In this document: piece by piece, positions 1 through 8,899 of the stretch
Layout: every line of letters starts with the position of its first letter
Numbering within the stretch: position 1 is the first letter of the stretch
Origin: Thermoanaerobaculia bacterium
GTDB taxonomy: Bacteria; Acidobacteriota; Thermoanaerobaculia; UBA5066
Length of the DNA stretch: 64,000 bases
Reading direction: 5' to 3'
NCBI GenBank assembly: GCA_038245905.1
Contig: JBBRRY010000003.1
Span: 104,755-168,754, forward strand
Notes under the pieces: model-generated
Seen by the model: the letters and a program-made list of their open reading frames with translations, nothing else
Database searches by the model: none
Told to the model about the DNA's origin: nothing
Translations under genes and position numbers: made by a program

Positions 1-2805
1 GGCCCGGGCGTCTACTCCTTGTCGGCGCAGCTTTCGGGCTTCTCCAGGGTCGAGCGATCGAACCAGCGGGTCGCGCTGGGGGCGACGACGACGGTTCCGA
101 TCACGATGGGCATCTCGCTCAAGGAAGAGATCGTCGTGACGTCCGAGGCTCCCGTTGTCGACACGTCGAAGACGACGATCGGGACGAGCGCGACCCTCGA
201 GAGCATCCAGCGCCTTCCGCTCGGACGGAACTTCGCCTCGATCGCGAGCACGGTCGCCGGGACCGGCACGGACGTGTCCGGGAACGTTACCGTGTACGGC
301 GCGACGGGCCTCGAAAACGCCTACATCATCGACGGCGTCAACACGACGGGCGTCAAGACGGGCGGGCAGGCCAAGCAGCTCAACAACGAATTCGTGCAGG
401 AGGTCGAGGTCAAGACGGGCGGCTACGAAGCCGAGTTCGGACGCGTCCTCGGCGGCACGATCAACGTCGTGACGAAATCGGGCGGCAACGAATTCAAGGG
501 CGACGCGTTCGGTTACTACGATTCCGGTTCGCTGGCCTCCAGCGACGCGCGCACCGCGGAGCGGGTCGCTTCGAACCAGGGCGAGTACTTCTCGCCCAAG
601 CGCGTCGACTTCGGAGTGGATCTCGGCGGCTACTTCGTGAAGGACCGCCTCTGGTTCTTCGGCGCGTTCGACCGTGTCACCCAGGACCAGGACTACACGC
701 GCACCCTCGCGGTCCTGCGCGACGCGAACCAAACGCAGGTCTTGACGAGCAATATGGACACGTACCGCAACAGTCTCTACTCGGGGAAGCTCACGTTCCG
801 CCTCGGGGAGTCGAACACGATCGCGGCGTCCCTCTTCGGCGATCCGGGCACGTTCAGCGGCCGGTACAACCTGTCGCAGATCTCCGTGATGGTCGGGGCC
901 GACGCCGCGTGGCTCGTCGACCGGAACCTGGGCGGGACAGACCTCTCGACGCGCTGGGACGGGCTCTTCGGCACGCAGTTCCTCGGGCAGGCCCAGCTCG
1001 GTTTCCACACCGAGAAGCAGCAGGACACGAGCCCGTTCTCGAACCTGCCGTACCTCGAAAAGCAGCAGGCCGGCTTCACGACCGAGGCGCTCCAGGGAAC
1101 GGGCCCGATCTACCTCGTGGACGAGAAGTACCAGCGCTATCACTACCGCCTGGGCGGCTCGCTGTTCACGGGCGCGCACGAGGTCAAGGCGGGCCTCGAC
1201 TGGGAGCACCTGAGCTCCGATTTCTCGGAGTCCTACGGCGGCACGGACCGCATCCGCACGCGGCTGACGGCGGGCGGGGCCCTCCGCAACTATCAGCACC
1301 GCTACTACGCCCAGACGCCGCTTTCGGGCGCGAACTGCCTGGGCAAGATCGACCCGACGATGCCGGCGGCGTTCCCGAACTGCACGGGCTACACGATCGC
1401 TCCAACCGTCGACAACAGGCCGATTACGGACAACGTCGGCCTGTTCGCGCAGGACACGTTCAAGGCCGCGAAGAACCTCACGATCAACGCTGGGATCCGC
1501 TACGAGCAGCAGCGCCTTCAGGACTACACGGGGAAGACCCTCGTGTCGATCGACGGCGAATGGTCGCCGCGCCTCGGAATCGTCTGGGACTTCCTCGGGA
1601 ACGGGAAGTCGAAGGCGTACGCGAACGTCGGCCGCTTCTACGAAGTGATCCCGCAGGACATCCAGACCCGTGCGCTCGGAAACGAGTACATCATCTTCGC
1701 CCGCAACAACAGCGCGACGCCCGATCCCGTCGATCTCTTCTTCGGCGCCCCCATCGTCCAGGGCGGCGAGCTCACCCAGAGCGACCTCAAGGGCATGTAC
1801 CAGGATGAAGCGATCCTGGGCTTCGAGGTCGAGGTCGCGAAGAACTGGGCGATCGGCGTCAAGGGCATCTACCGGTCTCTCGGCCGCGTCGTCGAGGACC
1901 GCTGCGACCTCGCGATCAACCCGGACATCGCGTCCTACTTCAACCCCTCGAGCCCGGCAACCTGCGCGCTCATCAACCCGGGCCAGGGAAACTCCCTCGG
2001 CACGATCAAGGACCCCTTCGACACGACCTGCTACCCGAACGGCGAGACGGACGCGGCGGGCAACCTCGTCGCGGGGTCGCCCTGCGATTCGACGCAGCCG
2101 CGCCGTTACTTCCGCGGCCTGGAGCTCACCGCGTCCCACCGCTTCTCCGACCGCTTCTACCTTCTCGCCTCCTACCTCTACTCGAAGCTGGAAGGGAATT
2201 ACTCGGGCAACCTCTCGCAGACGCGGGAAGGCGGCCAGTCGGATCCCAACATCAACGCCGACTTCGACTACCCGGGGCTCGTCACGAACGCCTTCGGCCG
2301 GCTCCGCAACGACCGGACTCACCAGTTCAAGCTCTCGGGTTACTACGCGTTCCCGTTCGGCCTGACGGTGGGCGCGAACGGCTTCTACAACACGGGCCGC
2401 CCGTACTCGATCCGGGGCTGCGCCTCCGACTCGATCGCATGCGACGCAGGCTACAGCCAGGAGGGCTACCTCGTGCCGCGCGGCTCGGCGGGCGACCTTC
2501 CCGCCGCGTACGAGGCGGACCTGCACCTCGAGTGGGGCCTCCGCTTCGGCAACGTCTCGATCACGCCCATCCTCGACGTCTTCAACGCGCTCAACCGGCA
2601 GGGCGTCCTGAGCCGGGAAGAGCTCTTCAACAACACGGCAGCGCTGCCCGGAAACGATCCCAGGAGCGGCATCGGCCAGCCCGGCTGCACGGCGCAGAAC
2701 GCGAGCCTGAGCAACGCCGCGTGCGCCTCGAATCCCACCTACGGAAAGGACATCGGCTTCCAAAACCCGCGGGTCGTGCGTCTCGGCGCCCGCGTGTCTT
2801 TCTGA
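1..2805 (+). CDS. TonB-dependent receptor, Oar-like (5'-truncated by window edge)
   Basis: Frame is open from base 1 (GPGVYSLSAQLSGF, end of carboxypeptidase-regulatory-like domain); plug motifs LPLGRNF, NAYIIDGVN, EVEVKTGGYEAEFG..GG.INVVTKSGGN; C-terminal PRVVRLGARVSF with terminal Phe. Confidence 0.93.
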   Translation, partial: GPGVYSLSAQLSGFSRVERSNQRVALGATTTVPITMGISLKEEIVVTSEAPVVDTSKTTIGTSATLESIQRLPLGRNFASIASTVAGTGTDVSGNVTVYGATGLENAYIIDGVNTTGVKTGGQAKQLNNEFVQEVEVKTGGYEAEFGRVLGGTINVVTKSGGNEFKGDAFGYYDSGSLASSDARTAERVASNQGEYFSPKRVDFGVDLGGYFVKDRLWFFGAFDRVTQDQDYTRTLAVLRDANQTQVLTSNMDTYRNSLYSGKLTFRLGESNTIAASLFGDPGTFSGRYNLSQISVMVGADAAWLVDRNLGGTDLSTRWDGLFGTQFLGQAQLGFHTEKQQDTSPFSNLPYLEKQQAGFTTEALQGTGPIYLVDEKYQRYHYRLGGSLFTGAHEVKAGLDWEHLSSDFSESYGGTDRIRTRLTAGGALRNYQHRYYAQTPLSGANCLGKIDPTMPAAFPNCTGYTIAPTVDNRPITDNVGLFAQDTFKAAKNLTINAGIRYEQQRLQDYTGKTLVSIDGEWSPRLGIVWDFLGNGKSKAYANVGRFYEVIPQDIQTRALGNEYIIFARNNSATPDPVDLFFGAPIVQGGELTQSDLKGMYQDEAILGFEVEVAKNWAIGVKGIYRSLGRVVEDRCDLAINPDIASYFNPSSPATCALINPGQGNSLGTIKDPFDTTCYPNGETDAAGNLVAGSPCDSTQPRRYFRGLELTASHRFSDRFYLLASYLYSKLEGNYSGNLSQTREGGQSDPNINADFDYPGLVTNAFGRLRNDRTHQFKLSGYYAFPFGLTVGANGFYNTGRPYSIRGCASDSIACDAGYSQEGYLVPRGSAGDLPAAYEADLHLEWGLRFGNVSITPILDVFNALNRQGVLSREELFNNTAALPGNDPRSGIGQPGCTAQNASLSNAACASNPTYGKDIGFQNPRVVRLGARVSF

Positions 2806-2830
2806 GATCGCGCGAGACCTCCTGAATCAC

Positions 2831-2860
2831 GGGGCCGGCCGGGGGTCGGCCCCTTTTTTT
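2831..2860 (+). terminator. Rho-independent terminator
   Basis: GGGGCCGGCC-GGG-GGTCGGCCCC stem followed by a T-run, 25 nt after the receptor stop, between convergent genes. Confidence 0.85.
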
Positions 2861-2870
2861 CTACGCGTCC

Positions 2871-5800
2871 TCACTTCGGAAGCGGGACGACGGCGAACCC
2901 CCCTTCGAGGTCCGCGACGAAGAGGCGCTTCTTCGGCAGCAGGGCGAGCCCCGAGGGCTTCTGGAACCGCTGCCCTTCCGGAAGGTCCTTCCCGCGCAGC
3001 GTCGTCACGAGGCGGCCTTCGGTCGTGTAGCCGCGCACTTCGCCCGCGAGCGGTACCGACGCCCAGAGGAGCCCGCCCGCATCCAGCGCGAGATAGGGTT
3101 CGGAGAACGTGGTGCGACTCCAGCCCGCGACGTCCCAGGCGCGCACGAAGGTTCCGTTCCTGTCGAAGACGGCGATTCTTCCGTTTCCGTTGTCGGCCAC
3201 GTAGACCTTGCCGTCTTTGGAAACGACGAGGCCCTGCGGGTCGGCGAGCTTCCCCGGAGCGGCCCCCTTGCCCCACTCGGCCTCCTGGTGGCCGGAGGCG
3301 TCGAAGCGCACGATCCGGCCGTTGCCCGTGTCCGCAACGAAGATCGATCCGCTGGAATCCACCGCGATGCCACGCGGCCCGAAGAAGCCGCCGTCCCACT
3401 CGCGCTGCCAGGCGCCCTTCCCGTCGAAGACCTGCACGCGGCCGTTCCACGTGTCGGCCACGAAGACGAGGCCCGACGGAGCGACCGCGATCCCGCACGG
3501 GTCGTTGAACTGCCCGGGCCCGCTGCCGCGCGCTCCGAGCTGGAGAGCCGGAGATCCGTCCGCCGCGAAGAGCTGGATCCGCTGGTTTCCGAAGTCGGCG
3601 ACCCAGACGCGGCCGGTGGCGTCCGAGGCCGCGCCCCGAGGCTGTCGGAGTCGGCCGGGGGCGTCGGCGGGCGGTTGCAGGGCGGCGTCCGCCTTCCGCG
3701 GCGAAGTGGGAAGCTCCTCCACGCGCACGGGAGCCGCAGCAACGCCAGGCGAAAAGACGCCCTTCACGGCGAAGAGGACGATCTCGGGATTGCGGTAGAC
3801 GGGCGTCAGGAGATCCGTCCACTCTTCGAAGTGCGCGAGATTTCCGCCGGCGTACGTCTTACGCTCGAGATTCCCGACGGCGACGAGCGCGACGTGTGTG
3901 CGGAAAAGGATGCGCTTGACGACGGCTTCGTCGGCCGACGTGTAGGCCGTTACGATGTCCTCCTTGCGGCGGTCGATCTCCGCCTGCGTGTGGCCGCGCT
4001 GCGACACGTGGTAGTCCCACCCGAGCACGCTCGGGAGTCCCGTGAAGACCGAGAGACGCGTGAACTGCTGGTACGAGGGCCCGTGGGCTTCGAGGAGCAC
4101 GGGCAGGCCCGTCACGTTCGCGTTGATCCACTCGACAGCGCCGCGATCTCCGGGGTTCTGCTTCTCGAGGTAGGCGGTCCCGTCCAGTGTGAAGCGCGGC
4201 CAGCCGCCGCGATCAGTGCGCAGGAAACCCGTGAACGCCGTGACGAGCGTATAGAGCGCGGCGAGTCCCGTGACCGCGATGGCGACGCGCCACGCGATGC
4301 TTCGTGACCGGCGCAACGTCTCCCACGCGAGCGCTCCCGCCACGGAGAAGAGGAGCCACGTCTCGAGGTGAAACTTGAAGATCGTGTTCATGCGGTCCCA
4401 GACGTAGACGATCTCCGCGCCTGTCAGGATGGCGAAACCCAGGGCCACGAGAGCGAGCGCGGGCCGCAGGCGCGCCTCCGTCGCTCCGCGGAGCGCCGCC
4501 CCGAGCGCGACGAGAAAGGCGATCGCCGTGAAGGTGCGGATCGAAGGAGCCTGCGCGAGCCGAAGCGGATGGAACGAGAGAGAGAGGAGAGAGACGGCAA
4601 GCCCGAGCGCCGCGAGAAAGAGAAACACGCGCGCAACGCGTCCGCGGGGCACGAGGCCGGTCTTCCACGCCGCGAACGCGAACGGGAGGAGAAGCGCGAC
4701 GAAGAACGCCCACACATTGAAAAAGTCCCATGGCGCGGCCCACGGCCCGACCTCGCGCCCCCAGTTTCGCGGCGGAGGAGAGAAATGCGCCCAGAACGGC
4801 CTCTCCAGAAGAAACGCGATGAGGGCGACTCCCGCGGCCGGGAGGAGGACGTCTTTCGCGAGGCTCGCGGCGAGAGGGACCCCGCGCGCCCGGCCGCCGA
4901 GCCACACGACGCCGGGCAGAAAGAGGAGAAGACAGGCGTAGACGGGCGTCGACCAACCGCTCGTGATCGGAATCGCGGCGAGGAAAAGGCCGCCGAGTGC
5001 GATGAGGCTTGCCGCCTGGCGCGTCGAGGAGGGGCCCTCCTGATTCCTTGTCACGAAGAGGAGGAGAACCGCTATGAAGGCTGTCGTGAAGGGAAGGACG
5101 AAAACGTGCGCGTGGAGATCCGCGAAGAGAAACGTCCAGAACGGGTATTCGCTGATGCCGTTCGGGGGGATGACCCGCGACGTTGCCCAGAAGTAGTGCC
5201 AGTCGAGGGGACGGCCGGCCTGGTGAAAGTGGAAATCGAAGGCAGTTCGGGGGCCGGATGGCGGCGCGAGGAAGGCGAGGACGAGCGCGACCCCGCCCGC
5301 CCGGAGACGGCCACCGATGGCCGAGCCAGCGGCGAGCATGGCCGACGCGAAGAGCGCGGCCGTCATGGCGAGCGCGAGATTGAAGATGAGCCCCGGATGA
5401 ATCCCGAGGAGCTTGGCCGCGGCGGCCGCGAGGAAGTGGCCGAAGTACGTGTAGGAAAGGGTTGTGCCGGCGAGCCACGGCTCGGGCGGCGGCAAGGCGG
5501 TTGCTCGAAGGAGCGTGTTGAGGAAATCGAAGTCCATGGGCTTTTCACCCGAGTGAATCTCGGGGTTGAGGGCGCGGACGGCCAGGAAGAAGAGGAACGT
5601 TCCCCAGAACACGAGCGCCGTCTTCCATCGCTCGGGTGCGGGCGTCGCCACGCCCGCGCGGCGCGCGCACAGGAAGCCGGCCGCGAGAAGCGCGGTCGTC
5701 GTGACGACGAGGAGGCTGCGGGTGAATGGCGCCCAGTGCCAGGAGACGACGAGCCACGGCAGGAACGCGAAGAGGAGAACGCCGGTCACGCGCCCGAGCG

Positions 5801-7673
5801 CGTCACGGCCGGGCCGCGCGGGGAGGAGGACGGCGAGGATTCCAGCGCCCGCACGCCCCACGGCTTCCAGCCACGCGGCGAAGAGAAGCAGGGCCAGAAA
5901 GGACGACCTGAGAGCCGGAGCCCGGGCCGGCTCCGCGGGCTCGGCCCCCCCGGCCGCCGCGGGGGTCGGGCGCGCGAGAAGGAGGTCGTTCCGCGACAGG
6001 GTCTTCGACGGCGTCGCAGAAAGGAGGGCCTTCTCGAGCTCCTCGGCGTGGAGGCGCTTCGTGTTCTCGAAGAACAGGACCTTCGGGTGGTCGTAGACGG
6101 TGAACGACTCGTCGGCGAGCTCGTCGGGCACCTGAATTCCGAGGAGGGACGGGCGGGACGCGACTTCCCGGACGAGTGTGTATCCAAGATCGCCGGCGAA
6201 GAGGAGTCGGAATGCCCGGTTCGTGAATGGAAACTTCTCGGGGGCCCGCGTGACGGCGCCGTAGAGGCGCTTCGTCTGGAGGACGACCCAGTCCGAGTCG
6301 GCGAGGCCCCGTGCGAGCTTCGCCATCTTCTCCGGCGAGTCGGGCTCGTAAAAACCGAAGTTGACGATCCTGTAACGTTCTGCCGGGCGGCCGGGAAAAC
6401 TGAACGGGAATCCCTCGTCCCAGTCCTGCTCGAGAACCCGCGCGCCTTCCGGAACGTGGTCGTGAAACCACAGCGAGGCCGTGACGGAGCTGTGCGGGCG
6501 CGTGTAGATGCCGGCGAACGCGAGGACCCACACGGCGGTGCCGCCCACGACCACGGCACGGAGGACCCGGCCCGCGCGCCCGCGCTCGGCCCTCTCCGTG
6601 AGCCAGGCCGCCGCCCACAAGGCGAGAAGCGGGTAGACGGGCAGGAGGTACCGCGGGAACTTCACCTCGAACGTGCATGTCAGGAGGATGTAGGGCGCGA
6701 AAAACGAGACGAGCACCCACTCGACGTCCGTGAGCTTCCGGACGAAGGCGAGACGGCGGGCCGAGGCCCACAGCGCGACCACTCCGAGCAGCGGACCGAG
6801 ACCCCAGAGCACGATCTCCCGGGCCTCGTACAGGAAGTTCGGGACGCCGACGTACTGGTTCGTGAACGGCAGGAGGCCCGCGTGCCGGACCATCGCACCC
6901 TGTTCCGAGAGGGACCGCCAGAACTCGTGGAAGTCCAGGAACGCGTAGGGTTCGCCGAGGAAGAACGCGACGAGGGCGGCGCCGCCGCCGGCCGCGAGAA
7001 GAAGCATCCCGCGGCCCCAGGCGCGCGATGGCCGGCAGGCGAAGAAGACCGCGACGGCGAGGGGAAGGACGAGAGGGGCCGCGCTCGCTTTCGTCGCGAG
7101 CGCGAAGCCCGTGAGCGCACCGGCGAGAAGGGCATCCCGGAGACGGCCTCGCCGCGCGAGACGACCCGAGGCGGCGAGCGCGAGGAGGACGAGAAGCGTG
7201 AGCGTCACGTCCGTGGCGGCGAAGTGCGAAGTCTGGACGTGGAGGACCGCGAGGGCGAGGAAGAGCCCGGCGAGGAGGCCCGTCTTCGGACCGTAGAGGC
7301 GGCGGCCCACGGCTGCGAGGAGCGCGACGGTCAGCGCGCCCGCGAGAGCCGACAGAAAGCGGCCCACGTGGATGACGCCGTCGTAGGAGAAGAACCAGTC
7401 GCGGCCCGAGAGCGACCCCATGAGCGAGGAGAGGCCCCGGGTGAGGTAGAAAGGAAGGGAGCCGTAGGCGAAGAAGTGAGGGTTGAGCTGGAGAGGTCGG
7501 AACGACAGCTTGAGGATCGCGTCGCCGATCGCCCGCTCGTCTGGATGGAAGAAATGATTCTGGTCGAAATCGAGGCCGATGACCCGAATGGCGAGAGCGA
7601 ACAGGGCGAGAAGGAGCAGGAGTCCGCGAAACGCTCGCGACGAGGCAAGTCCCGCGGGTCGCGGCGGAGTTAT
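2871..7673 (-). CDS. Giant membrane protein: GT39/PMT-like domain + DUF2298 (Chlor_Arch_YYY-like) domain + C-terminal NHL-repeat beta-propeller
   Basis: FFHPDE motif after first TM; ADESFTVYDHPKV; GEKPMDF..LN, PPPEPWLAG..LSYTYFGH, EYPFW.FLFADLHAH, DRMNTIFKF; NHL repeats (PRG.A.D..G.V.VAD.GN.RIQ.F). Start uncertain (ATA 7673, TTG 7709 or ORF-track 7820). Confidence 0.85.
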   Translation of the reverse strand: MTPPRPAGLASSRAFRGLLLLLALFALAIRVIGLDFDQNHFFHPDERAIGDAILKLSFRPLQLNPHFFAYGSLPFYLTRGLSSLMGSLSGRDWFFSYDGVIHVGRFLSALAGALTVALLAAVGRRLYGPKTGLLAGLFLALAVLHVQTSHFAATDVTLTLLVLLALAASGRLARRGRLRDALLAGALTGFALATKASAAPLVLPLAVAVFFACRPSRAWGRGMLLLAAGGGAALVAFFLGEPYAFLDFHEFWRSLSEQGAMVRHAGLLPFTNQYVGVPNFLYEAREIVLWGLGPLLGVVALWASARRLAFVRKLTDVEWVLVSFFAPYILLTCTFEVKFPRYLLPVYPLLALWAAAWLTERAERGRAGRVLRAVVVGGTAVWVLAFAGIYTRPHSSVTASLWFHDHVPEGARVLEQDWDEGFPFSFPGRPAERYRIVNFGFYEPDSPEKMAKLARGLADSDWVVLQTKRLYGAVTRAPEKFPFTNRAFRLLFAGDLGYTLVREVASRPSLLGIQVPDELADESFTVYDHPKVLFFENTKRLHAEELEKALLSATPSKTLSRNDLLLARPTPAAAGGAEPAEPARAPALRSSFLALLLFAAWLEAVGRAGAGILAVLLPARPGRDALGRVTGVLLFAFLPWLVVSWHWAPFTRSLLVVTTTALLAAGFLCARRAGVATPAPERWKTALVFWGTFLFFLAVRALNPEIHSGEKPMDFDFLNTLLRATALPPPEPWLAGTTLSYTYFGHFLAAAAAKLLGIHPGLIFNLALAMTAALFASAMLAAGSAIGGRLRAGGVALVLAFLAPPSGPRTAFDFHFHQAGRPLDWHYFWATSRVIPPNGISEYPFWTFLFADLHAHVFVLPFTTAFIAVLLLFVTRNQEGPSSTRQAASLIALGGLFLAAIPITSGWSTPVYACLLLFLPGVVWLGGRARGVPLAASLAKDVLLPAAGVALIAFLLERPFWAHFSPPPRNWGREVGPWAAPWDFFNVWAFFVALLLPFAFAAWKTGLVPRGRVARVFLFLAALGLAVSLLSLSFHPLRLAQAPSIRTFTAIAFLVALGAALRGATEARLRPALALVALGFAILTGAEIVYVWDRMNTIFKFHLETWLLFSVAGALAWETLRRSRSIAWRVAIAVTGLAALYTLVTAFTGFLRTDRGGWPRFTLDGTAYLEKQNPGDRGAVEWINANVTGLPVLLEAHGPSYQQFTRLSVFTGLPSVLGWDYHVSQRGHTQAEIDRRKEDIVTAYTSADEAVVKRILFRTHVALVAVGNLERKTYAGGNLAHFEEWTDLLTPVYRNPEIVLFAVKGVFSPGVAAAPVRVEELPTSPRKADAALQPPADAPGRLRQPRGAASDATGRVWVADFGNQRIQLFAADGSPALQLGARGSGPGQFNDPCGIAVAPSGLVFVADTWNGRVQVFDGKGAWQREWDGGFFGPRGIAVDSSGSIFVADTGNGRIVRFDASGHQEAEWGKGAAPGKLADPQGLVVSKDGKVYVADNGNGRIAVFDRNGTFVRAWDVAGWSRTTFSEPYLALDAGGLLWASVPLAGEVRGYTTEGRLVTTLRGKDLPEGQRFQKPSGLALLPKKRLFVADLEGGFAVVPLPK

Positions 7674-7696
7674 TTCGCTTAAGATAGCGGGAGCAA

Positions 7697-8896
7697 GTGT
7701 ACGACACAAATCCAGGGTCGAGCCGGCGCAGGGTCGCCCTAAACCTCGCCCTTTTTTTCGGCTCGACACTCGTCGCCATCGCGCTCTGCGAGGTCGGCGC
7801 GCGCCTCCTCCTGCCGGCACCTCAGACCGTGAACGTCCACGAGAAGCAGGACACGTACGAGGCGCCGACCGGCTTCGAAAGGCTCGACACGAAGGCGGAG
7901 AAGTCGATCGACTCCGTCGTCCTTTTCGGCGGGCCTCATGGTGTGAGGCTGCGCCCGAACACGCGCGGCGAGATCCAAAAGCACGTCCTGAGCGGACGCG
8001 ACGTCGTTATCGAGGTCAACTCCCTTGGTCTCCGGTACGCCGAGCTCGGCCCGAAGTCTGAAGACGAGTTTCGCGTGCTCGTGCTGGGGGACTCGATCAC
8101 ATTCGGCGACTTCGTCCTCGAAGGCGAGACGTGGACCCGGCAGATGGAAACCCTGACCGCAGGAAGGAAGAAGGCGGTCCGCTTCATCAACGCGGGCCTG
8201 CCGGGAGCCGGGACGGCGGAGGAGCTGGCGCTTTTCCGCGAGATCGGCGAGCGCGTGAAGCCCGACCTCGTTCTCGTCGGGATGTATCTCAACGACGCGC
8301 AGACGGGAAGCCTCTTCTTCTCGAAGAAGCTTCCGGGCTCATGGGCGAAGAGCCGCTTCTTGTCCTGGGTGGCCGACCGCTTCCAGCGCCTCGACATGCG
8401 CTTTTTCCGGAGCGCGCCTCCCGGAGAGATCGATCCGAGCTGGCGCGAGACGTTCCGCGCGGGGCGGCAGCTGAAGACGGCCGACATGCTCGGAACACGC
8501 GACGGATTCGACTTCGAGATCTACAACGCCTACATGGATTTCGGTCTCGGCTGGAATCGGAAAGCCTGGACGATCATCGAGACGATCACGTCCGCGTTGC
8601 GTGACGCGGCGAGCGCCGAGAGCGCGCGTCTCGCCGTCGTGCTCTTCCCCGTGCACATCCAGGTGCTGGGGACGGTCGAGAACTTCGAGCCGCAGGAGAG
8701 CTGCGAGAAGATGTGCGCGCGGCTTCACGTCCCGTTCGACAACCCCGTCCCCACCCTTCGGCGGACTTGGCAGTCGAACCACGAAAAGCTCTTCTACGAT
8801 CACTGCCACTACACGCCGAAAGGGTACGCGGTTCTGGCGAGGCAGACGGTGGAGTTTCTGGACTCCGAAAAACTGATTCCTCCGCCGGTTCGATAG
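7697..8896 (+). CDS. SGNH/GDSL hydrolase family protein, membrane-anchored (possible O-acetyltransferase/esterase)
   Basis: N-terminal TM; blocks LGDSIT, NAGLPG, YLND, DHCH; GGGAG SD before GTG. Confidence 0.85.
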   Translation: MYDTNPGSSRRRVALNLALFFGSTLVAIALCEVGARLLLPAPQTVNVHEKQDTYEAPTGFERLDTKAEKSIDSVVLFGGPHGVRLRPNTRGEIQKHVLSGRDVVIEVNSLGLRYAELGPKSEDEFRVLVLGDSITFGDFVLEGETWTRQMETLTAGRKKAVRFINAGLPGAGTAEELALFREIGERVKPDLVLVGMYLNDAQTGSLFFSKKLPGSWAKSRFLSWVADRFQRLDMRFFRSAPPGEIDPSWRETFRAGRQLKTADMLGTRDGFDFEIYNAYMDFGLGWNRKAWTIIETITSALRDAASAESARLAVVLFPVHIQVLGTVENFEPQESCEKMCARLHVPFDNPVPTLRRTWQSNHEKLFYDHCHYTPKGYAVLARQTVEFLDSEKLIPPPVR

Positions 8897-8899
8897 AGC

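Noticed and set aside
4368-7682. 1104-aa plus-strand ORF and other long shadow ORFs (e.g. 5803-7779, 12351-14720, 13258-15102, 26925-28742, 40484-42199)
   Set aside because: Arg/Gly/Pro-rich antisense or alternate-frame products of high-GC genes; the overlapping frame has clear family motifs.
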